Program-made: the position numbers and the translations under genes
The notes under the pieces: generated by a model
What the model was told of the DNA's origin: nothing
Databases searched by the model: none
The model's input: the letters and a program-made list of their open reading frames with translations, nothing else
Shown: one piece after another, positions 8,039 to 17,317 of the stretch
How positions within the stretch are numbered: position 1 is the stretch's first letter
Layout: every line of letters starts with the position of its first letter
Assembly (NCBI GenBank): GCA_023380935.1
Contig: JAMCST010000009.1
Coordinates: 27,760-91,759 of the forward strand
Direction: 5' to 3'
DNA length: 64,000 bases
Origin: Patescibacteria group bacterium
Lineage (GTDB): Bacteria > Patescibacteriota > Microgenomatia > UBA1406 > GWC2-37-13

Positions 8039-8866
8039 CTATTTCTTCAAATCCAGATACAGCGAATAGCTGAATGCCACCCAGAAAGGGGTGATGATCA
8101 GGCTTTTGGCCAGACCCAACATTCCCTTGTTCAGCACGATTTCCACCAGGAAAATCACCAGGGCCATCAGCAGGTTTCTCCCCAGTACTCCCCAGAACTT
8201 TGGCAGTACCAGATTCCAGCTGTGATTCAGGGCTCCCATGCTTTTCTTGCCGTCGACGACATAGCTCAACGTGGCAAACTGCCAGACGATCAGCAAAAAG
8301 ACGCCGGGAATGATCAGGAACAGAAAGCCCAGCCCGGTAAACAGCGACGTCAGCAGGGAGATGACCGCGATCGGCCCCAGGGCGCCCCAGCTTTGTTGCA
8401 TCGCCTTCTTGACCGCGGCGAAAACGTCGTTCGCCTCCTGGTTTCTGATCGCGTAAACGATGGCCGTCTGCATCCAGAAGTTGATTACCATAAAAGCCGT
8501 CCAGATGACAATCAGACCGGCGATATTGAACAGGAGGTTGCTGAGAAAAAACCGGCCGCCGCCTATTCCCAGCGTCGCCAGACTGGAAACCCCAAACGAC
8601 ACTCCCCAGACCATGAAGGCGATTTTTTTTACCACCGACTGAATCGCGATGCCGACAAAGGCGATGACCAATGCCACCAGCCAGACGGTTTTGAAGGTTT
8701 CCCAGCTTTTTCCAAACAACTCCCCCACTCCCATCAACGATCCGCCCGAACCGGAAGCAACGGCAACGGTTGGTGCCGTCGCGGTTGGGTTTTTAAGCGG
8801 CTTTCCGCAGTGCTGGCAAAACTGATCATTTTTCTTAGCGGGTTTTCCGCAGTTTGAGCAAAACAT
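8039..8866 (-). CDS. Zinc-ribbon membrane protein
   Basis: N-terminal CSNCG...FCQHCG followed by several TM helices (LIIPG...W, ALNHSWNLV). Confidence 0.8.
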   Translation of the reverse strand: MFCSNCGKPAKKNDQFCQHCGKPLKNPTATAPTVAVASGSGGSLMGVGELFGKSWETFKTVWLVALVIAFVGIAIQSVVKKIAFMVWGVSFGVSSLATLGIGGGRFFLSNLLFNIAGLIVIWTAFMVINFWMQTAIVYAIRNQEANDVFAAVKKAMQQSWGALGPIAVISLLTSLFTGLGFLFLIIPGVFLLIVWQFATLSYVVDGKKSMGALNHSWNLVLPKFWGVLGRNLLMALVIFLVEIVLNKGMLGLAKSLIITPFWVAFSYSLYLDLKK

Positions 8867-8914
8867 ATTAGTCTTTAGTCGGGAAATTATAATGGTTTAA
8901 CTGGTCGCTTCGGG

Positions 8915-10255
8915 TCATTTTTGCTTCTGACTTGAAGTGACCTTGTCCAGTTCCGCTTTTAACTGATCCAGGGTTATGTCCCGCCGGTTTTCGATCTGCG
9001 CAGTGATGCCGTTTTTCCATTTTTCAATTGCCTGGCTTTTTTGTCCGATCCGGTTCATTAAGTCGGGGTTGCACTTGAGGCGCGGATCGTCAAGCGGCCA
9101 GTGATTCATTTCCCTTACCATATTCAGCCATTCGGAGTTGCTTTTGTTGGTGATGCAAAGCCAGATGCCGTTTGATTGGTTTGTCAGCGCCAGCCAAATT
9201 TTATTCTGATTCGTTACATTACACAGCCAGTATCTGCTGTATTCCTGGACCGCTTTTGCCTGATTGTCAAAAATTTTGCTCATCTCGGTGGCGCTGTTGG
9301 CCAGATAAAACTCGCCGCCGGCGGCGGCGGAAATGTTTTTCAGCTGGATTTGACCCTGATTGTCTACCGCCAAACCGACGATGTTGACGATCGCCTTGGT
9401 GTTGCTGGAAGCATTAATGTCTTTGGCGGCCTGGACCGGGTTGCCGTCACAAGTTTCGATGCCGTCGGAAACCAGGTAGATCAGATTGCTGGTGGTGGCG
9501 GCGTCAAACTTGGAAAAGGCCGATTGGGCCTGTTGAAGCGCGGCGGCAATCGGCGTCCAGCCGGTCGGCGAGAAAGAATTGACTGCCGTTTCGAATTTGG
9601 CCTTGTCCAGTTTGGATATTGGGTAGATCATTTCGATGCCGGCGCACGACGTCGGTTTGTCGGCGGTCGAGTTGCTGCCTTTGTGGCCGTAGACCATCAA
9701 GCCGACCTGGGCGCGGTCAGGCAGTTTGGATACAAAGTCGGAAATCGCCTGTTTGGCCACGGCCATCTTTTGGCCGCCGGCGATATTTTCGGCCATTGAC
9801 CCCGACGAGTCCAGGATGATCAACACGTTCAGGTTTTCCTTGAACGGGTCCCCCAGCCCGGTCGGTTTGGTGCAGTCGGTCGGCTGGACAGTGACCTGGG
9901 TCAGACAAGAAGAATAATCTTTGCCATATTTCTGCTCCAATTCTTGATAAAGCTTGTCGCATTGGCTTGCATTCTCGGCGCTGCTGGTTGAGGCAGCGGT
10001 GTCGTTTTGCGTTACGGTTTTGCCGCTGGACAGCGCGGTATTTTTAGACATAAGCTGGTTTTTCACCGCGTTTAGTCCAAAAACCAGGGCCAGGAGCAAC
10101 AGCAGTCCGACTCCAACAATTAGAGTGATTCTTTTGGGGAAACGATCTGGACCGGTCTTGGTTAAGTCAGGAGCCGGCATCAGGTTGGAGCCGCACGAGG
10201 GGCAGAATTTGGCGCCCGGGTCAGTTATTTCAAAGTTGCATTTAGGACAGTGCAT
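8915..10255 (-). CDS. Zinc-ribbon / single TM / von Willebrand A domain protein
   Basis: CPKC...FCPSCG, one TM helix, MIDAS motif DSSGS, TP, and SDGIETC. Confidence 0.88.
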   Translation of the reverse strand: MHCPKCNFEITDPGAKFCPSCGSNLMPAPDLTKTGPDRFPKRITLIVGVGLLLLLALVFGLNAVKNQLMSKNTALSSGKTVTQNDTAASTSSAENASQCDKLYQELEQKYGKDYSSCLTQVTVQPTDCTKPTGLGDPFKENLNVLIILDSSGSMAENIAGGQKMAVAKQAISDFVSKLPDRAQVGLMVYGHKGSNSTADKPTSCAGIEMIYPISKLDKAKFETAVNSFSPTGWTPIAAALQQAQSAFSKFDAATTSNLIYLVSDGIETCDGNPVQAAKDINASSNTKAIVNIVGLAVDNQGQIQLKNISAAAGGEFYLANSATEMSKIFDNQAKAVQEYSRYWLCNVTNQNKIWLALTNQSNGIWLCITNKSNSEWLNMVREMNHWPLDDPRLKCNPDLMNRIGQKSQAIEKWKNGITAQIENRRDITLDQLKAELDKVTSSQKQK

Positions 10256-10419
10256 GGGTTTTTTCTTGTCTTATTTATCCCCCTTCGCGTAAAACCTCGG
10301 GTGTAAGCTCAAGGGAGTTTCATCTAGTCTTAAGTCTTAGTTTAAAACAAAGATTAAGCAAATGTCAAGAAAAGTGTTGCGCTATGGCCAGGCCTTTATC
10401 AGATCCATTAAGCAGAACT

Positions 10420-10968
10420 TCAGGAAATAATGTATTCGTATTGAAAGGTTTTTGGATTATATGCAAATCCTAATTGTTCAAATACCCGATCTGTTCTTCT
10501 TTCAATGTCTCCATAGTCTGTTAGGCCAAGCTCTACTTCATAATGGAGGGCAGCACAGTTGCCTGATACCTTTTTTAATCCCAGATTTCTTGCAAGTTCA
10601 ATGAGCGCCAGTATCATTTCGTGCCGGAATTTGCTTCTTCCTAACCTATGTCGTTCTTGTTCGGTGGAGAAATCATCAGGTCGAAGCGCTTGGGGAGTCT
10701 GTGTTATTAGCATCGCTCCTTCTGCAATATCAAATCCGGCGTGGGCAACTGGCATTTTTGTTTGGGTATCTATTTTCTCAACAGCAAACTTTCCTAAGGC
10801 CAGACTTTTTTGGTCAGGGGAAGCAAAATCAGCCCATAATCCCACACAGAGTCTTAGTTTCCCATAGATGGGAGTGTGTTCCTGGCATAATTGGGGCAGT
10901 TGAGACGGATCATAAACGGGAGCAATGTGATTTTTTATCTCCTTTCTGTAGTGCTCAATTGACGGCAT
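10420..10968 (-). CDS. Hypothetical protein, weak VirK/GNAT-like C-terminal pattern
   Basis: Open frame. Start moved to MPSIEH, 7 nt after TAAAAT. Pattern ILALIELARNLGLKKV...VFEQLGF. Confidence 0.55.
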   Translation of the reverse strand: MPSIEHYRKEIKNHIAPVYDPSQLPQLCQEHTPIYGKLRLCVGLWADFASPDQKSLALGKFAVEKIDTQTKMPVAHAGFDIAEGAMLITQTPQALRPDDFSTEQERHRLGRSKFRHEMILALIELARNLGLKKVSGNCAALHYEVELGLTDYGDIERRTDRVFEQLGFAYNPKTFQYEYIIS

Positions 10969-11109
10969 GGAGATTATTTTACCAGGCCTTATTAAAAATG
11001 TTAAAATTAAACAACCATTATCAACTTGTTTCATCAAGAGGCAGCAGTTTAACGACATCGGTATTTTTTAGCCAAAAGAGCAATTTTCCGACGGTAAAGC
11101 ATAATCATT

Positions 11110-11472
11110 ATGCAGTCAAAAAGTTTAGTCACAGCCAAAAAGTTTCTAGGCAAAAGAGTAAGGATAAAAATAGACCGGCCGATCGGCAGCGTCCACCCTA
11201 ATTTTGACAGGATTAAGTACACCGTCAACTATGGTTACTTAGAAGGCGTTAAAGCTCCGGATGGTGACGATTTGGATGTTTATTTACTGCGAGTGGACAA
11301 ACCCGTAAACGAATTTGAAGGAATCGTCACGGCAATCGTACACAGAATACACGATGACGACGATAAGCTGGTTGTCGTTCCAGACGGACAGTCGATATCA
11401 GATGAAGAAATAGACAAGGCCATTGAGTTTCAGGAAAAGTGGTCCAGATCTGAACACACGATCATCCGTTAA
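11110..11472 (+). CDS. ppa: Short family I inorganic pyrophosphatase-like protein
   Basis: YTVNYGYLEG..APDGDDLDVY and DDKLVVV motifs. Confidence 0.8.
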   Translation: MQSKSLVTAKKFLGKRVRIKIDRPIGSVHPNFDRIKYTVNYGYLEGVKAPDGDDLDVYLLRVDKPVNEFEGIVTAIVHRIHDDDDKLVVVPDGQSISDEEIDKAIEFQEKWSRSEHTIIR

Positions 11473-11634
11473 TTTTCGGGCCTTCAAGCGATAAATAGCC
11501 GGATCAGTCCGTAATACCATCGAAATCGTCCAAAATCCTTTTTTTATGATTGCGAACTTGGTTTAAGGAGCAGCTTATTCAATCCCCCGTTTTGCAGTTT
11601 TCTAAAAAATGCGTGTTTCATGGGGAATAACGAC

Positions 11635-11664
11635 TTGACAGTACTGGCACGTCCCAGATATTAT
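11635..11664 (+). promoter_or_regulatory. Sigma70-type promoter
   Basis: TTGACA-18 nt-TATTAT, 9 nt before ATG 11674. Confidence 0.6.
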
Positions 11665-11673
11665 TTTAGTAAT

Positions 11674-14046
11674 ATGTCGGCTCAACCGCAACCGGAAGAA
11701 GGATCATCAATAGAGGCGTCGTTCAATCAAGTCAGCCATGGCATTGCGGAAAAATTGACCAACAGGTTGGCGAATGTCCACGCGACTTTCGTCGATGGGA
11801 AACTTACGGTTACGCCCACCTACAGGATCGTGAACTACCACCTGGGGGCAACAAAAGTAGGAGAAAGCGGCATGGGATCACGGGATAATGAGGTTGAGGT
11901 CGGACGAGCAAACGTAACAAAAACAGCCGAATTGTTACGACAACAGCTCCGGTCAGATGATGAAACGTTACGGTTAAACGACCCCCCGGTTGGCGATATT
12001 TTTTTCGGAACCGCGCTATCGCCAGTCACAACCGTAATTGAGGCAAACGATACGGCCGCGGATCTGGTAAAAAAATCCGACGAGGCGACTCCTTACGGTA
12101 GGGCGGCCGTCCCGCGTTTTTCCGAAAAAGGAATTCCCGCGCCGGTGGCGCGCGCCATTGTTTGGGCCACCGCGCGCGCCACAGCGCAGACGATCGATGA
12201 AGAGACCGGCAGGGCGGCCAGCGAAATCGATGATCGTTATGTCCAATCGGCCCAAACAAGATTGGCCAAGGCGATTGCTGACAGCGAAGCCCAGTTGGTT
12301 GACAGCCGAGATGAACTGAGGGTAACAGAGGCAACCCAGACGCGGTTGGACGCCAGGGCTTCAGAAACACAAGCCAAATCAACCGACCTTAAGGAGAAGG
12401 CTTCCCGACTCCAGCGTCTTCCGGCCTTGGTCGGAGAAAGAGTCCCGCGTGACGTGTTTGAGCAAACGATAAAAGACCTGGACTATCCGCTTTTGGCTGT
12501 AGAGAGACAGGGGTTAGTGATAAAAAAAGAAGTGGCAACCGGGGTTCGGGCCGATCCAATCGACGGGAGTTTGGCACGTTTGGTTGATAGTTCCGGTCCG
12601 ACCAGTGACGAAACGAATAATGCGCTCCAGGCGTTCGGCTATCGTGGGGGCAGCTTGGGAACGATTGATATGTTAAACGATACGATAGGCGCGGCGGCTG
12701 CCTCGCAAGCCAGGGAACAGTTCGCAACGCCAGCCGAGCAGGCCCGCCAGCTGTTTTATGAAGCAAAAACCATTCTTCAGGCTTTTCCCTCGCAGGGATT
12801 GGCTACCAAACTATCGGCACAGGAAAAGGCGTTTGACGAAATGGTCAAAAAAGACCCCCAGGGGGCGGTGACGGTCGCTTCTCAGCTGTTCGCCCGCGCG
12901 CATAATCTGAATTTACTGACGACACCCACCCGAAAGTCCCGTTTTCCGGAAAATCCCGGTTGGCCAATTACCACCCGTCTGCTAAGAAGTTATCAGAGTG
13001 AAGTTGGCCGCAAACTAATGGGTAAAAGAGTCTACCAGGATGCAAAAACAGACGAGGAACAGGCCAAGGCGGCACAATCGGAAGGAGGGGCGCATTTAGC
13101 GGAAAAACGCGGGACTGTTCGTACCCAGGAAACCAATCTCAATGGTCAACAAACCGAAAAGGACAACTTAACCGCGCAAAAAACCCAACGGATTAGTGCA
13201 TTGAAGGCCGAGATGGCGGCCAAGCTACTGACAGACCAGTTCGGCAATCCGATTGACGAAAAGGCCTTGGCTGCCAATCCCTGGCGCTTGTCGGAATTTG
13301 TAACCAAATCCAAACTGTTTTCTGATACCGTGGCCGCCGTTAGTTTTGGCATGCCCAGATGTATGGCCGGAGAGCCGGGTAGCGAAACAAGGCAGGCAAT
13401 ATTAGGTGATATGCAATATCACGCGGCGATCAGGGAAAAAGACGAATCCCTGACGCGGTCCGAAGATTTCCTGGGGTCGTTGATTGATCCGCTGGTTCCC
13501 GAAAACCATCCGACCAGGGCCCTGGCTTTAAGGCTGACCGGTGAAATGTTGCGCCGGTATTCCCTTGATAAAAGGGTACTGATGATGGGCGGTTATCCGG
13601 CCGGAAAGGAGATAAATGAAGACAATATGCGCTATCGCTGGGACAGTCTTCGGCCGATGCTGACGGCCATATTGCGAGGAGGACGAGTGCTAGACGTCTC
13701 CGGTCAAACGCCCCACCTGAAGTTGTCGGCAATAGACAGATCCCAAGCGACTTATGAGTCGGTCAAGCGGCAATTCAACTCCACCGGCCAAACTCATGAC
13801 GCCTATACGACTTTGACCCGAATAATAGCCCAAGCGATTCCTGACGGTAATGGTTTTATCGTTCCGGAAAACGCCCTATTGCGTTTTCAGGAGCCCGAAT
13901 TCCAGCACGATCGAGTACCGATCCCGTTGAGGGACATTTTAGATCAGGGTCGCGGAGTAGACATGTATGAGATTGTTTCCAGGAAACTGCAATTATTTGA
14001 CGTTTTGCCTTTTAATCGGCCGCTCTATTTAATCGAGAACAAATAA
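11674..14046 (+). CDS. Large hypothetical protein with coiled-coil-like segments
   Basis: Open frame of about 790 codons with A/E/Q/K-rich helical stretches. No recognised motif. Start chosen from the promoter position. Confidence 0.75.
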   Translation: MSAQPQPEEGSSIEASFNQVSHGIAEKLTNRLANVHATFVDGKLTVTPTYRIVNYHLGATKVGESGMGSRDNEVEVGRANVTKTAELLRQQLRSDDETLRLNDPPVGDIFFGTALSPVTTVIEANDTAADLVKKSDEATPYGRAAVPRFSEKGIPAPVARAIVWATARATAQTIDEETGRAASEIDDRYVQSAQTRLAKAIADSEAQLVDSRDELRVTEATQTRLDARASETQAKSTDLKEKASRLQRLPALVGERVPRDVFEQTIKDLDYPLLAVERQGLVIKKEVATGVRADPIDGSLARLVDSSGPTSDETNNALQAFGYRGGSLGTIDMLNDTIGAAAASQAREQFATPAEQARQLFYEAKTILQAFPSQGLATKLSAQEKAFDEMVKKDPQGAVTVASQLFARAHNLNLLTTPTRKSRFPENPGWPITTRLLRSYQSEVGRKLMGKRVYQDAKTDEEQAKAAQSEGGAHLAEKRGTVRTQETNLNGQQTEKDNLTAQKTQRISALKAEMAAKLLTDQFGNPIDEKALAANPWRLSEFVTKSKLFSDTVAAVSFGMPRCMAGEPGSETRQAILGDMQYHAAIREKDESLTRSEDFLGSLIDPLVPENHPTRALALRLTGEMLRRYSLDKRVLMMGGYPAGKEINEDNMRYRWDSLRPMLTAILRGGRVLDVSGQTPHLKLSAIDRSQATYESVKRQFNSTGQTHDAYTTLTRIIAQAIPDGNGFIVPENALLRFQEPEFQHDRVPIPLRDILDQGRGVDMYEIVSRKLQLFDVLPFNRPLYLIENK

Positions 14047-14258
14047 TTCGCCAGTTTTTCTCGTGCTTGACAGTCTCATCTACTAGAATTTCTGGGTAAC
14101 CTAGATAATCGGGCTTATCAGAGTGGAATAGATTATATTCGGCTGGAGGGTGACGGCTGCGGCTGCCGCACGGGGATTTTATATGCCGGAATCCAGAGTC
14201 TAATCATATTATACTGATCGATATCAGTTGACTAAACAGTCCCTTCAAAAGAAGCAAT

Positions 14259-14426
14259 ATGCAAGTCATCGACCTGTCGCAACCGTTGTATGACAACATG
14301 AAGGTTTATCCCGGCGATCCGGAAGTACACATTAAGCAGGCGCATTGGTTGGACAAGGACGGCTGGCGGTTGCCGTTTTGGACGATTAATCTCCCAAACC
14401 TCCACCAGTCATCCGTTATACTTTAA
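14259..14426 (+). pseudogene. N-terminal fragment of a cyclase / kynurenine formamidase family protein
   Basis: MQVIDLSQPLYDNMKVYPGDP. Stops after 55 aa, before the HxGTHxD motif. Confidence 0.7.
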
Positions 14427-14429
14427 CCT

Positions 14430-14939
14430 ATGCGAGCAAAAAAACTGGAGCAAAAAATTGAGCAAGAGTTTCACGTTTCCTGGTACATTGTCGCCTATAA
14501 ACTGATTTTCGGACTGGCGGAACTGTTAACCGGCATCGGTATCGTTTTTTTTGGCAGCCAGATCTTCCGCCTTTACACCCGACTGGTGTCGCAGGAGTTG
14601 AGCGAGGACCCCCACGATTTGTTGGCGCGGTTGAGCGAACGGATTGTCCCCCACCTCTTTACCCACCATACTTATCTGGTGATGTACTTGATTCTGTTGG
14701 GAACGGTAAAAATCGCCGGAGCGATCGGATTGATGTACAAAAAAAACTGGGGGGTTGATCTGTTGGTCGGATTATCGATTATCCTTTTGCCGTTTCAACT
14801 GGCGAGCTTTTTTTCTCATCCGAACGTCTTTGACGCCGGCTATGCTGTTCTTGGTATATTCATTATCTTCTACCTGACCGAGTTTCGGCCGCATGCCTGG
14901 ATCTCCCGGCTGCTTCTTTACCGGAGAGCCAAAAAGTAG
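14430..14939 (+). CDS. DUF2127-like membrane protein
   Basis: YKLIFGLAELLTG, ELSEDPHD, multiple TM helices. Confidence 0.7.
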   Translation: MRAKKLEQKIEQEFHVSWYIVAYKLIFGLAELLTGIGIVFFGSQIFRLYTRLVSQELSEDPHDLLARLSERIVPHLFTHHTYLVMYLILLGTVKIAGAIGLMYKKNWGVDLLVGLSIILLPFQLASFFSHPNVFDAGYAVLGIFIIFYLTEFRPHAWISRLLLYRRAKK

Positions 14940-14962
14940 TTAATTTTTGTTATCATTAATCT

Positions 14963-15349
14963 ATGAAACTTGACGCGGTTGGAGTCAGCTCCGGTAATTT
15001 GAAGCGCACGATCGTATTTTATCAGTTGTTGGGGTTTGTTTTTCCGGCATTGAAAGGCGATGAGCGTCATATTGAGGCGGTTGTTACTGACGGATCGGCG
15101 CGGCTGATGATTGATAAAAAGGAACTGGTTAAGGAAATCATCGGCGAGGAGCCAAAACCGAGCAATCACTCTCCCTTCGCAATCCAGTACGATCGGCCCG
15201 AAGAGATTGATCAGACATGCCTAAAAGTTCAGGCGGCTGGTTTCACCGTTGTTAAACCGCCGTGGGACGCTTTTTGGGGACAGCGATATGCCATTGTTCA
15301 AGATCCGGACGGATATAAAATTGACCTGTATGCCCGGCGGGAAAAATAA
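14963..15349 (+). CDS. VOC / glyoxalase family protein
   Basis: FYQLLGF and PWDAFWGQRYAIVQDPDG. Confidence 0.9.
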   Translation: MKLDAVGVSSGNLKRTIVFYQLLGFVFPALKGDERHIEAVVTDGSARLMIDKKELVKEIIGEEPKPSNHSPFAIQYDRPEEIDQTCLKVQAAGFTVVKPPWDAFWGQRYAIVQDPDGYKIDLYARREK

Positions 15350-15385
15350 TGCCGTTTATTTAGTTAATTAATTAACTAAACGAAA

Positions 15386-15789
15386 ATGATTCCGGTTTCT
15401 GCCGAACCAAAGATTATCGAACTACGTTTTACTTATAAAAAAGACAACGGCGACGTATGGGTGTTAAATCTTGATGACGTGCCGGTTGACCGCGCCGTCA
15501 TCAGAGATCGGCAATTGGTTTACCTTGGGCCCGGCGGAGTCGGTGGGAATCATAGACATCCGCGCGCCGCGAGTGGTTTATCGGCATTGGAAATCTGGTT
15601 TTTATCTGGGAGGACGAAACCGGTAATAAACACGAAGAAAAGATGAATCCTGCCGGCAAAATTAAATTGATCATGGTGCCGCCGTTCGTGCCCCACGTAG
15701 TCATTAATCGTTCCTTGGATCAATCAGCCGTAATCTTTGAATTGGCCGACGCGAAGATGGACAGCGTAACGCCAGAAAGCGTTATTTAA
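15386..15789 (+). pseudogene. Frameshifted cupin (WxcM/FdtA-like)
   Basis: GGNHRHPR is followed, after removing 2 nt at about 15561-15570, by REWFIGIG...MVPPFVPHVVIN...SVI-stop. This restores both cupin motifs. Confidence 0.8.
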
Positions 15790-16585
15790 CCGTCTGTTTC
15801 AGAAGCGTGACGCCGGCAAACAGCGCCAGCGACAATAAAACAATCACCCCGCCGGCCGGCAGATTAAGATAGTAGGCCATTACCAATCCTGCCGTTACCG
15901 CCGCCAGCGCCAGGGCAATAGCCAAAAAAATCCCCTGTTTAAAACTGCGGCTGACCTGCATGGCCGTGGTGACCGGAATGACCATCAGCGCCCCGATCAG
16001 CAGCACGCCGACAATGCGCATCGACAACGAGACGGTAACGGCCGTAAGCAACATGAGCACCAGACTGATCGTTTTGGTGTTGATACCGCTGGCGCGGGCG
16101 CTGTCTTCGTCAAACGAAGAATAAAGCAGCGGCCGGTAAAAATGGACGATGGTGACCACCGCCACCAGTCCAAGCAGCAAAATCAGCCAGACCTCATCAG
16201 GCTGGACGGTGGTGATGCTGCCGAACAGGTAACTGAACAGACCGGCGTTAAAGCCGTTGGCAAAACTGATCAAGACGACGGCCAAGGCCAGTCCACCCGG
16301 CAAAAAGATCGCCAGCACCGCCTCGGCCGGCAGGCGGCCACGACTGCGGATCGCCTCGATCAGGAAGGCCACGATCATGGTGAGGATGACGGTAGTGATA
16401 AGCGGTTGAGTGCCGGTCAACAGCCCGATGGCCACGCCGGCCAGGGCAACGTGCGACAGCGTGTCGGCCACAAGCGAGAACCGCCGGATCACCAGAAAGC
16501 TGCCGATCAGCGGCGCGGTCACGGCAATCACCAAACCGGCCGCAAATGCCCGGACCATGAAACCATACTGAAACATTGATTCCAT
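15782..16585 (-). CDS. znuB: Zn/Mn ABC transporter permease
   Basis: DTLSHVALAG, YLFGSI, SFDEDSARASG. Confidence 0.92.
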   Translation of the reverse strand: MESMFQYGFMVRAFAAGLVIAVTAPLIGSFLVIRRFSLVADTLSHVALAGVAIGLLTGTQPLITTVILTMIVAFLIEAIRSRGRLPAEAVLAIFLPGGLALAVVLISFANGFNAGLFSYLFGSITTVQPDEVWLILLLGLVAVVTIVHFYRPLLYSSFDEDSARASGINTKTISLVLMLLTAVTVSLSMRIVGVLLIGALMVIPVTTAMQVSRSFKQGIFLAIALALAAVTAGLVMAYYLNLPAGGVIVLLSLALFAGVTLLKQTVK

Positions 16586-16591
16586 ATTGTT

Positions 16592-17317
16592 TTAATGATT
16601 GTGCATTAACAGGCGCACCGGCCGGCCGTATAACTGATCGAGAAAATCGCCGCGCAGTACGGTGTGCGGTTCGCCGTGGCAAATCAAGGTTTTGTTGATG
16701 CAGGCGACGGTTTTGGTTTCGTGGGCAACCACGTCAATGTCATGGGAAACCAACACCAGCGTCAGGGCGTGTTTTTGGTTGAGGTTTTTGAGAAGCCGAT
16801 AAAACTGCAACTGCGAATCAATATCCACTCCGACTGTCGGTTCGTCAAGAATCAGCAGCTGCGGTCGTGACACCAGAGCGCGGGCAATAAATACGCGCTG
16901 CTGCTGGCCGCCGGACAGTTCATTGAGCGGTTGCGTCATCTTGTTTTCCATGGCCACGCCGGCCAGGGCGCGTCTGATGGTTTCCGGATCGCCGCCGTTC
17001 ATGCCGACTGCCTCGGCCACGGTAACCGGAAAAGTTGGGTTGGACAACGCCGCCTTTTGCGGGACATATCCGATCTTGGCCCAGTCAGTGAAGCGGGACT
17101 GCGATTGCCCAAACAATTCGACCGATCCGCTGTCCGGCTTGATCAATCCGACGATAATTTTAAGCAGGGTGGTTTTTCCGCTGCCGTTCGGTCCCACCAG
17201 CCCCAGGAAGTCGCCCCATTTGATCGTCAGGTTGATATTTTCCAGTACAGGCTCGTGTTGGTAGCGGAAACCGACGTTGTTGATGTTTACGATCGCGTCG
17301 TCTTTCATTGCCGACAT
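16592..17317 (-). CDS. znuC: Zn/Mn ABC transporter ATPase
   Basis: GPNGSGKTT, GYVPQ, LSGGQQQRV, ILDEPTVGVD, SHD. Confidence 0.93.
   Translation of the reverse strand: MSAMKDDAIVNINNVGFRYQHEPVLENINLTIKWGDFLGLVGPNGSGKTTLLKIIVGLIKPDSGSVELFGQSQSRFTDWAKIGYVPQKAALSNPTFPVTVAEAVGMNGGDPETIRRALAGVAMENKMTQPLNELSGGQQQRVFIARALVSRPQLLILDEPTVGVDIDSQLQFYRLLKNLNQKHALTLVLVSHDIDVVAHETKTVACINKTLICHGEPHTVLRGDFLDQLYGRPVRLLMHNH

Noticed and set aside
7975..8073. Short ORF coupled to the DinB-like gene (MNTHRPIFVL...)
   Set aside because: 32 codons running into the convergent gene with no motif; cannot be supported.
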